A DNA stretch of 64,000 nucleotides from assembly GCA_019058245.1 (NCBI GenBank), contig JAHPZJ010000030.1, forward strand, positions 160,001 to 224,000, read 5' to 3'. Shown here piece by piece: positions 10,224 through 20,270 of the stretch (its first letter is position 1; each line of letters begins with the position of its first letter). The stretch comes from Promethearchaeota archaeon (GTDB taxonomy: Archaea > Asgardarchaeota > Lokiarchaeia > Sigyniarchaeales > SOKP01). The position numbers and the translations under genes were made by a program. The notes under the pieces are model-generated. The model saw only the letters and a list, made by a program, of their open reading frames with translations, was not told where the DNA came from and did not search any database.

Positions 10224-11309
10224 ATGGTTTATAATGCCTTCACCATACCAGTTATGATTTTTTATATTGGGAACGGATTGGCACATTTATATTTTGCTAT
10301 TAAGTTAAAACAAAAATTTGCCCTAGAGCATAATTTTACTAATTCTTTTTTGATATCTCTATTATGGATTATTGCTGGTGTTTTATATCCCTTTTTTTTT
10401 ATAAGAGATACGAATCAAACAAGATTTTTTCAAGGATTGGCCCTTCAAATTATATGTATATACGCCCCATTGTTAATATTTTTTATTTTATACTACCAAT
10501 CTCAATTTGTATTAAAAAGAGACCCCCAAATAAGAGAAACTCGTACAATTGAAAAGTTTACAAAACAATTTACTTTGATGGATACGAAAAATCTCGATAA
10601 TAGAAAAGCTGCTTTAAGAACTGATATTCATCGGAAAGCATTTCATTTATTGCCTGCTATAATAATTATTTTATTATGGCTTTTTGCAGTTTATATTTGG
10701 GATAATATATGGCAAGCTGATGAATTTTGGGGAATTTCAGGAAAGGAGTACGGCATCTTTTTAATATTAACAGTTGGTTATACAGGTGTCATCATATTTG
10801 CTGCTTTAGATTATATTCGGTTATCCCATATATTCAATAGAGGAAATATTTTTCATTTACTTCCGACATGTATTTTCAATACATTGGGCAAAACTTTAAA
10901 AAAAAATGAGATCTATGAATTCACTCGACCCGTAGCATTAATATTATCTCTTGTACCTACGCTTTTCCTACCATTTGGACTATTTACAGCCACCGCATTA
11001 ATCGCTACTCTAGGTGATGGCGCAGCGTCAATATTTGGACTCAAATTCGGAAAGATCCATATACCAAAATCTTCAAACAAGACCTTAATTGGGTATATTT
11101 CTGGATTTATGGTTTCTTTTTTGATCAGTTTTTTAGTTTTATGGCTTTTTGAACAAAAAACTTATAATATTTCACAAATCGTCGTTATTGGATTTATTGG
11201 AGCACTAACCTTTTTAATTATAGATATTCTAAATCTTAAAATAGATGATAATATTTTAAATCCTATATTTTGTGGATATTTAATGTTCTTGATAACGTTA
11301 ATAATATAA
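10224..11309 (+). CDS. CTP-dependent dolichol/phytol/diacylglycerol kinase-like membrane protein
   Basis: RKAFH, LGDGAASIFG, KT..G, IDDN motifs; multiple TM segments. Confidence 0.8.
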   Translation: MVYNAFTIPVMIFYIGNGLAHLYFAIKLKQKFALEHNFTNSFLISLLWIIAGVLYPFFFIRDTNQTRFFQGLALQIICIYAPLLIFFILYYQSQFVLKRDPQIRETRTIEKFTKQFTLMDTKNLDNRKAALRTDIHRKAFHLLPAIIIILLWLFAVYIWDNIWQADEFWGISGKEYGIFLILTVGYTGVIIFAALDYIRLSHIFNRGNIFHLLPTCIFNTLGKTLKKNEIYEFTRPVALILSLVPTLFLPFGLFTATALIATLGDGAASIFGLKFGKIHIPKSSNKTLIGYISGFMVSFLISFLVLWLFEQKTYNISQIVVIGFIGALTFLIIDILNLKIDDNILNPIFCGYLMFLITLII

Positions 11310-11885
11310 ATGTGTGAATATGTGTTTGGAATGAGTGAAATTCGAATAAGGCCTCCAGAAGAAGTTGCAAAGAGAGTAGTAGTATTATTAGGGATATTTC
11401 AAGCTGCTACCGGTAGAGAAAAAAAAGAAATTATAGAAATTTTAAAGGGTAATAATTTATGGGAAAAAACTTCTGAGATTGAAAAAAAATTTTTGTTAAG
11501 TCATAGTGAAGACACAAAATTCGAGGCCATACAATTTGGTTGGCGTTCTGAGACTGTTTTTATATTATTGTGGGCTCTTAAATTAGTTGAGCAAGAAGAA
11601 ATCCCTGTAGATGAGACAAATTTAGATTTGATTATTGATCTTTTGAAGGATAGTGAATATTACAAAAAAATAGATATAAAAAATGCTCAATTAAGAAATA
11701 GCGATGAAATTTTAAGATTATTAGATCAAATTCAAATCATTAACTCGGAATTGAGAGATGCTTCAATTAATAACAAGAAACCACCATATAACTATCATCC
11801 TTCCATTATATACGAATGGAACTATGCTCTAAATTGGTTGGTAAGAATCAATGAAAGCTGGGACTATATAACGACAGATTCATAG
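11310..11885 (+). CDS. DUF4272-like protein
   Basis: W..E....LLWAL, E...ALNWL, WD.I.TDS pattern; true start may be the second Met (MSEIRIR). Confidence 0.7.
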   Translation: MCEYVFGMSEIRIRPPEEVAKRVVVLLGIFQAATGREKKEIIEILKGNNLWEKTSEIEKKFLLSHSEDTKFEAIQFGWRSETVFILLWALKLVEQEEIPVDETNLDLIIDLLKDSEYYKKIDIKNAQLRNSDEILRLLDQIQIINSELRDASINNKKPPYNYHPSIIYEWNYALNWLVRINESWDYITTDS

Positions 11886-12103
11886 AAAATTGAAATGAAA
11901 TTATGTAAGATTTTCAATAAAATAAAAAATTATGGGACTGTTATTTTAGTTTTTAATGAAAAATTCTAAATGAGGAAATTTAATGGCATTCCTAATATTA
12001 ATACTCTAACTTCAGAAATAGATGATTTAATGCTCTTAAATTAAGCATTTTTTCTCATTTATAAAGAATTTTTTTAATAATCAAGTAGGAATAAATCTCA
12101 TCC

Positions 12104-13054
12104 TTATATATTCTTTGTAAAATTTTTATGGAGATTGTTTTTTCCCACTATATAAATAATACTCAATATCATAATACTAAATATTAACAGCAAAAGGCCA
12201 AGATTTATTCCAGGTATTCTTGGAGTTTCATCTTCACTATGTCTGTTTTCATTTCCACAAACCCAAAGCATCTCGTTAAATTCAAAATTAATAGCTTTTT
12301 CTGTAATTGGTAAATTAGTTTGATTAATTTCACTGTAGAGATTAAAGTGCAAGTTATCTCCATAATCTAAACCTACTATCGCTTGATTACTAGATATACT
12401 AAGCACATCTTTATATTGAAATTTGATATCACCAGCGCCAGAGTGAAAAAATAGAATTGCCTCAAAAGATCCTACATATGATGGTCTTGACTTATTATAG
12501 GTATATACATCTTTATATTCAATTATTAAGCGATTCGGTGATGTAAAAAATTCATAATATACTGTTCCACCTCCTCCTAAACTCTCTGAAGTTGTTAAGT
12601 TATCTACAAATAAAGCTATAGTAGGAGAAATATGAAAGTCTAATGAAGGTATATGCACGCTCATCGAAGTTATGTTTCTACTAGGAAACACCAAATAACC
12701 ATTACTTACTACAGTACAGCTGCTATAGTCTCTATCATATATTCTATAATCCCAAGGAAAGAGTAGACTTTGATAATTGAAAGACGTATCTGAGATTTTC
12801 TCTAAAATTGTTCCTGTCTCATTAATCTCAATCCATGAATAAATAGCTTCAGTATCCATAAGATATCCCGCACCACATGAAGAAGAAGCGTTAATTTTTT
12901 CTTTTTCAATTAAAAACTCATCTTCAAATGATTTATTGATATAAAGTAAATATGAGAAATTAATTGAGAAAATCAGAAAAATAAATACTGTAAATATAAT
13001 ATTGTTTTTTTTCAAAGATATACCAAGAAATTTGAAATTATTATAATCTACCAA
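12104..13054 (-). CDS. Cell-surface protein: N-terminal TM, nidogen-like extracellular region, C-terminal IPG-TM-basic sorting signal (Loki-CTERM-like)
   Basis: SNGYLVF..IALFVDNL..GTVYY..FEAILF..GDIKFQY; C-terminus IPGINLGLLLLIFSIMILSIIYIVGKNNLHK. Confidence 0.65.
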   Translation of the reverse strand: MVDYNNFKFLGISLKKNNIIFTVFIFLIFSINFSYLLYINKSFEDEFLIEKEKINASSSCGAGYLMDTEAIYSWIEINETGTILEKISDTSFNYQSLLFPWDYRIYDRDYSSCTVVSNGYLVFPSRNITSMSVHIPSLDFHISPTIALFVDNLTTSESLGGGGTVYYEFFTSPNRLIIEYKDVYTYNKSRPSYVGSFEAILFFHSGAGDIKFQYKDVLSISSNQAIVGLDYGDNLHFNLYSEINQTNLPITEKAINFEFNEMLWVCGNENRHSEDETPRIPGINLGLLLLIFSIMILSIIYIVGKNNLHKNFTKNI

Positions 13055-13271
13055 TCAGATTTAGTATATAAATAAACCTTTTTTAAAAATTAAGTCAATA
13101 GTTTTTATGTGTGAGTTATTTGCTATTGAATTTTGACAAGGATTAATTTTTAATTTTGAAAAGTATCTAAATGAGTTAAAAAAAATATTTTTGGCCTTTA
13201 TTTTAATACAATAAAAATTTAAGTAATAACTATTTTATCTTTTAATGAAAGAATATACATGAGGAAATTTA

Positions 13272-13763
13272 ATGGCTCAATCAGAAGATGATAAAAATTT
13301 CTGTTGTCCCAAGTGCGGTAAAATTGGTACCATTACCTTTTTAAAAGCAAATGGGGATAAAATTATGGTAAAACAAAAATGTTCACAACATGGAATAAAA
13401 AGTTTTAAGGTGCCTCTATTACAAAAAGATAGTTTTATTCCTCATTTTCGCAAAGGAGTTTTTCGTTGCCCTGAATGTGGACAAAATACTATAGTGGAAA
13501 GCGCCAAAATGTCAGGACCTTGGATGATTGTAAAAAGTGCTTGTCCAACTCATGGTAATAATTTACCAGAACAAAGAATTTGGAGTACCTTATATGTTGA
13601 TATTTCTAACTATACAGATATATTCAAGAAAGAAATTTCAAAAAAACAAACAGACCAACCCCAACCTACTCTTAGTGATGAAAAAAAGTTTTGTCCTAAT
13701 TGCGGAACACCACTAAAAGAAGGTGGTGAATTTTGTGATACATGCGGGGCTAAAATCGTTTAG
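13272..13763 (+). CDS. Multi-metal-binding protein: two CPxCG-x~20-CxxHG modules plus a C-terminal zinc ribbon
   Basis: CPKCG...KQKCSQHG; CPECG...KSACPTHG; FCPNCG...FCDTCG; GAGG RBS. Confidence 0.85.
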   Translation: MAQSEDDKNFCCPKCGKIGTITFLKANGDKIMVKQKCSQHGIKSFKVPLLQKDSFIPHFRKGVFRCPECGQNTIVESAKMSGPWMIVKSACPTHGNNLPEQRIWSTLYVDISNYTDIFKKEISKKQTDQPQPTLSDEKKFCPNCGTPLKEGGEFCDTCGAKIV

Positions 13764-13873
13764 ATAAATAATTTTTATGTTCACCTTTCTTTTTTCAAAG
13801 TATAATAAGAATTATTCAAAACAAAAGATTGATATGATTTTTTACTTTCATTTCAAGGAATTAATATTTATCA

Positions 13874-16789
13874 TTAAAAAAACGCATCCATTTTTTTAAT
13901 ACCTTTTATCTCTTCATATGTTATACCTAGAGCATCTAAAACCTGTTCTAACGCTGAAATTAGAAGATCTTTGTATTTTTTAGTATCTATATCTTGGAGT
14001 TTAGCTAAGTCAATAGCTTTTGTTCCAATTGATCCCTTACTTTTAATAAAACTTATGGTTTCTCCTTTTTGAAATTCTTTTCCAGTTGCCGCTTTTAATT
14101 CTAATGCTGCTCTTACATGTTGAGGAATAACTTTTGTATAACTCTTAAGATCTTTTTGCAAAGCAATGTTTATAACATAATCTTCTAACTTGAAAGCATC
14201 TGGTTTTCCTATCTTTTTTAGATTGTTCCTTACAATTTCTTTAATCCTATCTTTAGCTTTCAAAAATTCATCATTAGTGGTGATCTGCTTCAATATTTCG
14301 ATCATTTCACTAAAAGCTTTTTTAATAAAGTTAGGTGTGTTTTTCTTCTTAGCAACAAGACCTTTTATATCTACATATTTAGTATTTTTATAAATTCCAA
14401 TATAGTTTTTCTTTCTATCAGAAAGTGCAAGAAACTGATAGGTCTTTTCCTCTTCTAAGTCAAGATCTAATTCTTTTCTGCTCCATTCTGATATTATTTT
14501 CATCTGATCATTAGTTGGATTTAAAAGAAAAACGCTATCAGTATCCCCATAGAGAACTTTCACACCTATATCTTCCGACTTCTTAATGGTTTGTTTTATT
14601 GAATATTGACCTATTGAAGTAGTACTTTCTGCAACAGGAAGACAAAATAGAGGAAAATTCTGAGAGCCAAAAACACCATAACTTCCATTAATAAAAACTT
14701 TAAGAGCTTGCTGAATCGTATGATAATAACTTCTTTGTTTTTCTGTTAAATTTTTATCGGTTGATTTGGGTTTAAAATATTTAACTCTGATATCTCTAAA
14801 AAAGCCTACAACATAAGCAAAGATTCCCATTTTTTTAGTACATATATGATAAGGGGTTCCTTTTACAAGATTATCTTCATCTTCTTTATGAGGACATAAT
14901 ACTGTTTCGTATGATAAGTTATATTCTTTGATAATAGAAGGGTAAAGTGAAGCAAAATCCATCACTACGACGTCAAAATGAATTCCAGGAACAGGTGGGA
15001 TAACATAAGCCCCTGCAAATGTTTTTCCTTCAATAACCGCTTTTGAATAGCCTCCAGTTTTTAATTCAGCGATTTCTGATCTACGAGGTATTAAATAATT
15101 TTTTCTTCTATGTTCAAAATAAAAAATATTTTGAATCCATGTTGATATTTGGCGCCTTACTGTTTCATGAATAGGCATTTTGGTAATTCGACATAATAAT
15201 ACAATTAAATTCCAGACAAGTGAGTTATTAAATTTTGTTAATTCTAATGTAAGTATTGAATCTTTTAAATTATACCACGTTAGAACATCATATTCCATTT
15301 CATGTATTTCTTCTTCATGCGCATATTTCATTTCTCCCAATAATGCATCGCTAATCGCGTTTAATGAACTACTTTCATATGCACCTCCAAAAGCATATCC
15401 AGAAATACTTCGATTAAAGAAAAAATTAAATAGGTCAATATGGATTCCCTTTCTCAAGTCACAATCAGATCTTGATAAGAACCCAAAACCTCTCTTAATA
15501 TGGATAGGATTTAAATCTTTATCAATTTTCAATTTATTTGCTCTATGAAACATATAAGTTAGATCAAAATTATCTCCGTTGAAGGTAATAACTACAGGAT
15601 ATTCCCATAATAAACGAAAAGTCTCTATTAATAATTCTTTTTCACTTTTAAAGAAAACTAATTTGGCGTCTGACGGAAATCTCTTATGTAGTCCATGAAA
15701 AAGGAATCCTTCTCTTTCTAAAACATATACTAATTTTAATCCATCTGATGCTACAAAAGAAATGCTAATAATTGCTTGTTTTGCCTGACGAGGATCTGGG
15801 ATAACAAAATCTTCTGATCCTAAATTTACTTCGATATCCATAGCTATCCGTTTTACATCTGGAATCGGTGTAAGAAATATATCTAAAAACTTTTCCGAAA
15901 ACTCTTGAAGTTCTGACGATTCATTTTTGAACAGATTCCGTAATTCTTTTGCCATATTTTTAGATTCTTCTGAATCCTCTTCAAAACTCAACTTTTTGAT
16001 TTGACCACCTTCAATAGAATATATTAATCCAGGAATTAGTTGTCTATCGAAAATATAGTTCAAATGATATCTAATATCTGCTTCCCATGCTTTTTTATTG
16101 TTTTTACTTAAAATATTTCTAATATTTGTACCAGAACCACCAATATCTGACGGTGTTTTACCATATATTTTTGTCATCGATATTTCTGTATCTTTTAGCA
16201 GATCAATTCTCTTAATTTCTTCAAATCTAGTAAAACCTTCATAATCTGTTAATTCTATAATATTCTGTAAATCTGCTATTGATTCCTTACTTAAGCAATA
16301 AGGTTCATGATCAGTAGTATCAATCCATATTCTTATATCATCAGTTTTAAGATCATAAAATTTACAGTATGCTTTATTTTGACTTCCATCATAATCAACA
16401 TCAAGCAATATACCTCTTTCCATATCTTCAACGATTTCTCCTTTTTCAATAAGATAACGAATATATTTTGAAGAAAAATTTTCTCTTAAAACTTTTGGTA
16501 ATTTAATATTTCCTTCTTTTAAGCCAAATTGTTTGTCATTCCCTTCAAAAAATAAGTTTGAAGGAATCTCCTCTGAAATAGGCTCTAATTGAGGCTTTGA
16601 TTCTTTAGCTTTATGTTCTTTTATAGCTTTCGGTTTATCTTTTGGGCTTTTTTCTGGAGTTTTATCAATTTTTGGTTTCTTTTCTGATTCTGACTTCTTT
16701 TTTTTCTTTTTTGTATCTTTATCATCAACAAATGAAAATAATGATGTTTGGGATTTATCATCGGGTTTCTTCTTTTTTGAAGGTGGCAT
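13874..16789 (-). CDS. polB1: Family B DNA polymerase, PolB1-type
   Basis: ExoI DIE, ExoII FNGDNFD, ExoIII YNLKD, DFASLYPS, K...N.SYG, YGDTDS, KKNY. Confidence 0.9.
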   Translation of the reverse strand: MPPSKKKKPDDKSQTSLFSFVDDKDTKKKKKKSESEKKPKIDKTPEKSPKDKPKAIKEHKAKESKPQLEPISEEIPSNLFFEGNDKQFGLKEGNIKLPKVLRENFSSKYIRYLIEKGEIVEDMERGILLDVDYDGSQNKAYCKFYDLKTDDIRIWIDTTDHEPYCLSKESIADLQNIIELTDYEGFTRFEEIKRIDLLKDTEISMTKIYGKTPSDIGGSGTNIRNILSKNNKKAWEADIRYHLNYIFDRQLIPGLIYSIEGGQIKKLSFEEDSEESKNMAKELRNLFKNESSELQEFSEKFLDIFLTPIPDVKRIAMDIEVNLGSEDFVIPDPRQAKQAIISISFVASDGLKLVYVLEREGFLFHGLHKRFPSDAKLVFFKSEKELLIETFRLLWEYPVVITFNGDNFDLTYMFHRANKLKIDKDLNPIHIKRGFGFLSRSDCDLRKGIHIDLFNFFFNRSISGYAFGGAYESSSLNAISDALLGEMKYAHEEEIHEMEYDVLTWYNLKDSILTLELTKFNNSLVWNLIVLLCRITKMPIHETVRRQISTWIQNIFYFEHRRKNYLIPRRSEIAELKTGGYSKAVIEGKTFAGAYVIPPVPGIHFDVVVMDFASLYPSIIKEYNLSYETVLCPHKEDEDNLVKGTPYHICTKKMGIFAYVVGFFRDIRVKYFKPKSTDKNLTEKQRSYYHTIQQALKVFINGSYGVFGSQNFPLFCLPVAESTTSIGQYSIKQTIKKSEDIGVKVLYGDTDSVFLLNPTNDQMKIISEWSRKELDLDLEEEKTYQFLALSDRKKNYIGIYKNTKYVDIKGLVAKKKNTPNFIKKAFSEMIEILKQITTNDEFLKAKDRIKEIVRNNLKKIGKPDAFKLEDYVINIALQKDLKSYTKVIPQHVRAALELKAATGKEFQKGETISFIKSKGSIGTKAIDLAKLQDIDTKKYKDLLISALEQVLDALGITYEEIKGIKKMDAFF

Positions 16790-16955
16790 AACAAACCAAT
16801 AAAGTATAATATTTTAATTTCTAATATAAATAATTATTGTCTTATTTATTTTAATACTCTCTAATCATTCTTTAATATTTAATTTGAAACTCTGGAGTAA
16901 AGATACTCTGCAAAGAAAGAAGTTCTAGTAATTAGATAAATATAAAAATTCGATA

Positions 16956-17303
16956 CTAATTTCTATTACTTATGATATTCTTTATTTCTTCCAAAAGAAG
17001 GTGCTTTTCAGCGATATACCAATTTATCTGACTTCTACTAGGATTTTCATGATATATTATCTCAGCGACTTTCTTAATTTCATTTTTCGAAGGAGGAATT
17101 AGTTGCCCATTAACATCATCTCTTAATAATAAGATAAGATTATCTGTTTCTAATGGTTTAATATCAAATCCATCCTTGATGTTATTATTAATTGTCACGC
17201 AAAGTTCTGCGAGCCTCCAGACGCTTTTTTCAACGCTTTGGTTCTCTTTATAAATTTTGAATGCTAATTTTGTTACATCTTCTTTTGTAAACATTTTGTT
17301 CAT
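16956..17303 (-). CDS. Hypothetical protein with an internal duplication (DUF2934-like W..AE repeats)
   Basis: EDVTKLAFKIYKENQSVEKSVWRLAE vs NEIKKVAEIIYHENPSRSQINWYIAE. Confidence 0.7.
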   Translation of the reverse strand: MNKMFTKEDVTKLAFKIYKENQSVEKSVWRLAELCVTINNNIKDGFDIKPLETDNLILLLRDDVNGQLIPPSKNEIKKVAEIIYHENPSRSQINWYIAEKHLLLEEIKNIISNRN

Positions 17304-17460
17304 TCAGAAACCTTATTTACACTAGAATTATTAATATGTTAATTAATCAACAAAAAGATAAATAACCTTTTAATTATTACGATTGGTTATTTCACTGGTC
17401 TAAAACCACAAAATTAAAAATTTATAATAGTTTCATATAAAATAATAATTATTAAAAAAT

Positions 17461-17564
17461 GCCTCCGTGGCTTAGTGGTAGAGCAGCAGACAGGGGTTCA
17501 TTATTCAACCAACCCTGCATTTGTAATCTGCCGGTCGTGGGTTCAAGTCCCACCGGGGGCTCCA
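17461..17564 (+). tRNA. tRNA-Thr(UGU) with a 29-nt intron (17492-17520) at position 32/33; CCA encoded
   Basis: Acceptor GCCTCCG/CGGGGGC, D arm GCTT/GAGC, anticodon stem GCAGA/TCTGC, spliced loop CTTGTAA, T arm GTGGG-TTCAAGT-CCCAC, TCCA end; BHB motif at the exon-intron junctions. Confidence 0.93.
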
Positions 17565-17679
17565 TTATTAGTTATTCAATTATAATTCGTCCTATTCTCG
17601 ATTTACTAATTATTAATAGAACTGCACCTCTACCTATTCAGAAATAAAAATAAAAAAATAGTTTTTGGTTTGATTTATA

Positions 17680-18219
17680 TTAAATAACTATTATAACTGA
17701 AGATTCAAAATCAGTTGAAATCATACAATTTACTAATAAAAGACAGTTATAAATTTCTCCATCGCATTCTCTCAGAGTTTGAACAGTAACAGTATGAGAT
17801 CCTGTGGATAATGAATAATCCGCATATTGTAATGCTACTGAATAAATAAGAGAATTAGCAGAGGAACTTGTTGCTCCTACAGTAGTACTAGCATTATCAT
17901 ATGGAACACTATCAATTACTAGACGAAAATGCATATAAGCAACTGAACTAACTGGAACTACATCTGCTGTACATGTGAATAGAAAATATACGCTTTCTCC
18001 CTCTTTTACATCAAAATTAATACTTATACCAGTGATGGTGTACCATGCATCTTCTGCTGTAGATGTGAAATCCGCTTCTCTAAAATCCGTATAGGTTCGC
18101 TTGACTGCTGAACTTGAATCTGAATCTGGACTGAATGTGATAAATGTGAAAACACCAAGACCTATTGCACCAACAGCTACTATTAAAGCAAGAATACCTA
18201 TTCCTGATCCTTTTCCCAT
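17680..18219 (-). CDS. Membrane-anchored hypothetical protein (N-terminal TM, beta-rich extracellular domain)
   Basis: MGKGSGIGILALIVAVGAIGLGVFTF anchor, Ser/Thr-rich beta-strand pattern, AAGGA RBS. Confidence 0.75.
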   Translation of the reverse strand: MGKGSGIGILALIVAVGAIGLGVFTFITFSPDSDSSSAVKRTYTDFREADFTSTAEDAWYTITGISINFDVKEGESVYFLFTCTADVVPVSSVAYMHFRLVIDSVPYDNASTTVGATSSSANSLIYSVALQYADYSLSTGSHTVTVQTLRECDGEIYNCLLLVNCMISTDFESSVIIVI

Positions 18220-18512
18220 ATTAAATCCTTTCTTTTTATAATTAGATTCTATTTATCTAAAAAAAATTATTAGTTTAATGGTCATTTATAGATATAAATA
18301 TAAGTAATTTCACTAAACAAAATTGTAAAAAGTTTAAAAAAATTAAATAACAAATTATCCAAATTGATGCTGATGAATTCAGAATTCCTAAATTTGTTAT
18401 TTACCTAATTTTAAATCTAATAGATTAAGACAATTTAATTTAACTTAAATATTCTATTTATTATATTCGAAGAATAAATAAATATAACCTAAATTATGTA
18501 TGATGAAGATTA

Positions 18513-20087
18513 ATGAATAAGATCAATAGGATTATTCTTTGTATCATTGATGATGTTAGGGCTGGGCATTTTTTTGATTTTATTAATAGGGGTTTACTTC
18601 CTAATATAAAGAAATTGATGGAAAATGGAATTTATTCAGAGAATTGCATTACCGATTTTCCTCCTATTACCTATCCTACCCAAGTTTCGTTGTTAACGGG
18701 AACTTACACAGGTAATTATAAAAAGGAATTATGTCATGGGGTTCCTCTCCTTAATTGGATGGATCGTGACATAGTACCACCAATATTGCGAGAATATGCC
18801 GCTTTAGATTTACAAATATATAAAATCAATGATGATATTGGAAATAACTGTCAAACAATTCTAGAAATGATTGGAGATGAGAATACAGCGAGTATCGCAC
18901 AGTTTATTAATAGAGGTTCCAATTATATTTTTCCTAATAGAAAAACGAAACTTGCAATGTTCTACCTTCTATTAAAATATTATCCTAGTGTTAAGAAAAG
19001 ATTTATTAGAGCCAATTCTGTAATTGCCCAGAAATTAATTGAAGTTTTTAAAACACCAAAAAAATTCTTTGATAATGCAGAGCCTCCTATCGCTTCTTTG
19101 ATATGGTTTATGTCCTCTGATCTCATAATGCATAAGTATGGATTCGATTCAAATATATATAAATTGAATTTACTTCACATTGATAAGGTTATTGGAGTTG
19201 TAATTAAAAGTTTAGAGAAAATGGGTTATTTGGAAGAGACAGCAATAGCAATTACTTCAGACCATGGAAATTATAAAGCTAAACAAAGAAGTAGTCTAAA
19301 TGATTTTTTAAAACAAAATAGGTTAACCAATTATCATCCTCTCAAAAATTTAAAAGGGAATATGGATCTTGCTTATTATTCTGGAGTAGGTTTTTTTTAT
19401 TTTAAAGGGAAGAACAATTCAAATAGTATAAATAAGTGGATTCGTCCTACTATTGAAGAACTTAAGAAGTATGGGCCCAAGAGTAAAAATCTATTGGAAG
19501 AACTTTTTAAAATTCAGGGAAGTCATTTAATGTATTATAGAGACGATAATAACACATATAATAAAGGAGTAATTCATCTTAAAAGAAAGATTGAATCTAC
19601 AGGCAAAATTATAACAGGAAGGATTGAATATGAAGGAAAAGGGATTGATTATAAAACACGTTATATTTTAGATAATGATAATAAGGATATATTTGATTTT
19701 ATCAATGATAAGCAAGCAAGTAAGTTATTAGATAATAAATTTCACTCACCTCAAGAATGGTTAGAAGCAACTTATCATTTGGATTACCCTATCTATCCCG
19801 ATTTAATACCAAGACACTTTAAAAATCCTAGAAGTGCAGATATTATCCTTAGTAATAATGAATCTGTAAAATTTGGAATACATCATGGAAAGCATAAAAG
19901 CAAAAGCTTGTATGATCACGATATAGGTTTTCGAAAATGTATGGTTGTTCCTTTAATTATAGGTGGTTCGTTAGAAATTCCTCATGAGCACATTCAATAT
20001 TGTAAAATAACAGATATTGTTCCTACGTTATTAAAACTTATTGGAAAAAAACCTCACAACAGTGTAATTGGTTCAAGTTTAGTATAA
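18513..20087 (+). CDS. Alkaline phosphatase superfamily enzyme (nucleotide pyrophosphatase/phosphodiesterase type)
   Basis: IIDD, FPPITYP (Thr nucleophile), D...H, TSDHG, DH, DIVPT. Confidence 0.88.
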   Translation: MNKINRIILCIIDDVRAGHFFDFINRGLLPNIKKLMENGIYSENCITDFPPITYPTQVSLLTGTYTGNYKKELCHGVPLLNWMDRDIVPPILREYAALDLQIYKINDDIGNNCQTILEMIGDENTASIAQFINRGSNYIFPNRKTKLAMFYLLLKYYPSVKKRFIRANSVIAQKLIEVFKTPKKFFDNAEPPIASLIWFMSSDLIMHKYGFDSNIYKLNLLHIDKVIGVVIKSLEKMGYLEETAIAITSDHGNYKAKQRSSLNDFLKQNRLTNYHPLKNLKGNMDLAYYSGVGFFYFKGKNNSNSINKWIRPTIEELKKYGPKSKNLLEELFKIQGSHLMYYRDDNNTYNKGVIHLKRKIESTGKIITGRIEYEGKGIDYKTRYILDNDNKDIFDFINDKQASKLLDNKFHSPQEWLEATYHLDYPIYPDLIPRHFKNPRSADIILSNNESVKFGIHHGKHKSKSLYDHDIGFRKCMVVPLIIGGSLEIPHEHIQYCKITDIVPTLLKLIGKKPHNSVIGSSLV

Positions 20088-20133
20088 ATTATTTAAAACT
20101 AAACCTTTACCTTCTTTTATTTAAAAATAGCAT

Positions 20134-20160
20134 CTATATAGAATATATAAGATATATAGA
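20134..20160 (+). promoter_or_regulatory. Putative phosphate-regulon box (ATATAR x3, 9-bp period)
   Basis: ATATAGAATATATAAGATATATAG, near-identical to the motif at 32172-32195. Confidence 0.5.
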
Positions 20161-20270
20161 GATGTTAGTCAGATTTTATTAAATAAATATAATAAATAGA
20201 AGATTATATTTTATCACAAACTATAATTTAATTTAGTTTTGATTCATTTACAAAAGAGTAAGGCAATTCT

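Noticed and set aside
17459-17647. 62-aa ORF in the track
   Set aside because: It overlaps the tRNA-Thr gene and is a spurious translation of it
17540-18219. Possible integrated element at the tRNA 3' end
   Set aside because: No duplicated tRNA 3' fragment, integrase or viral/plasmid gene found in the window
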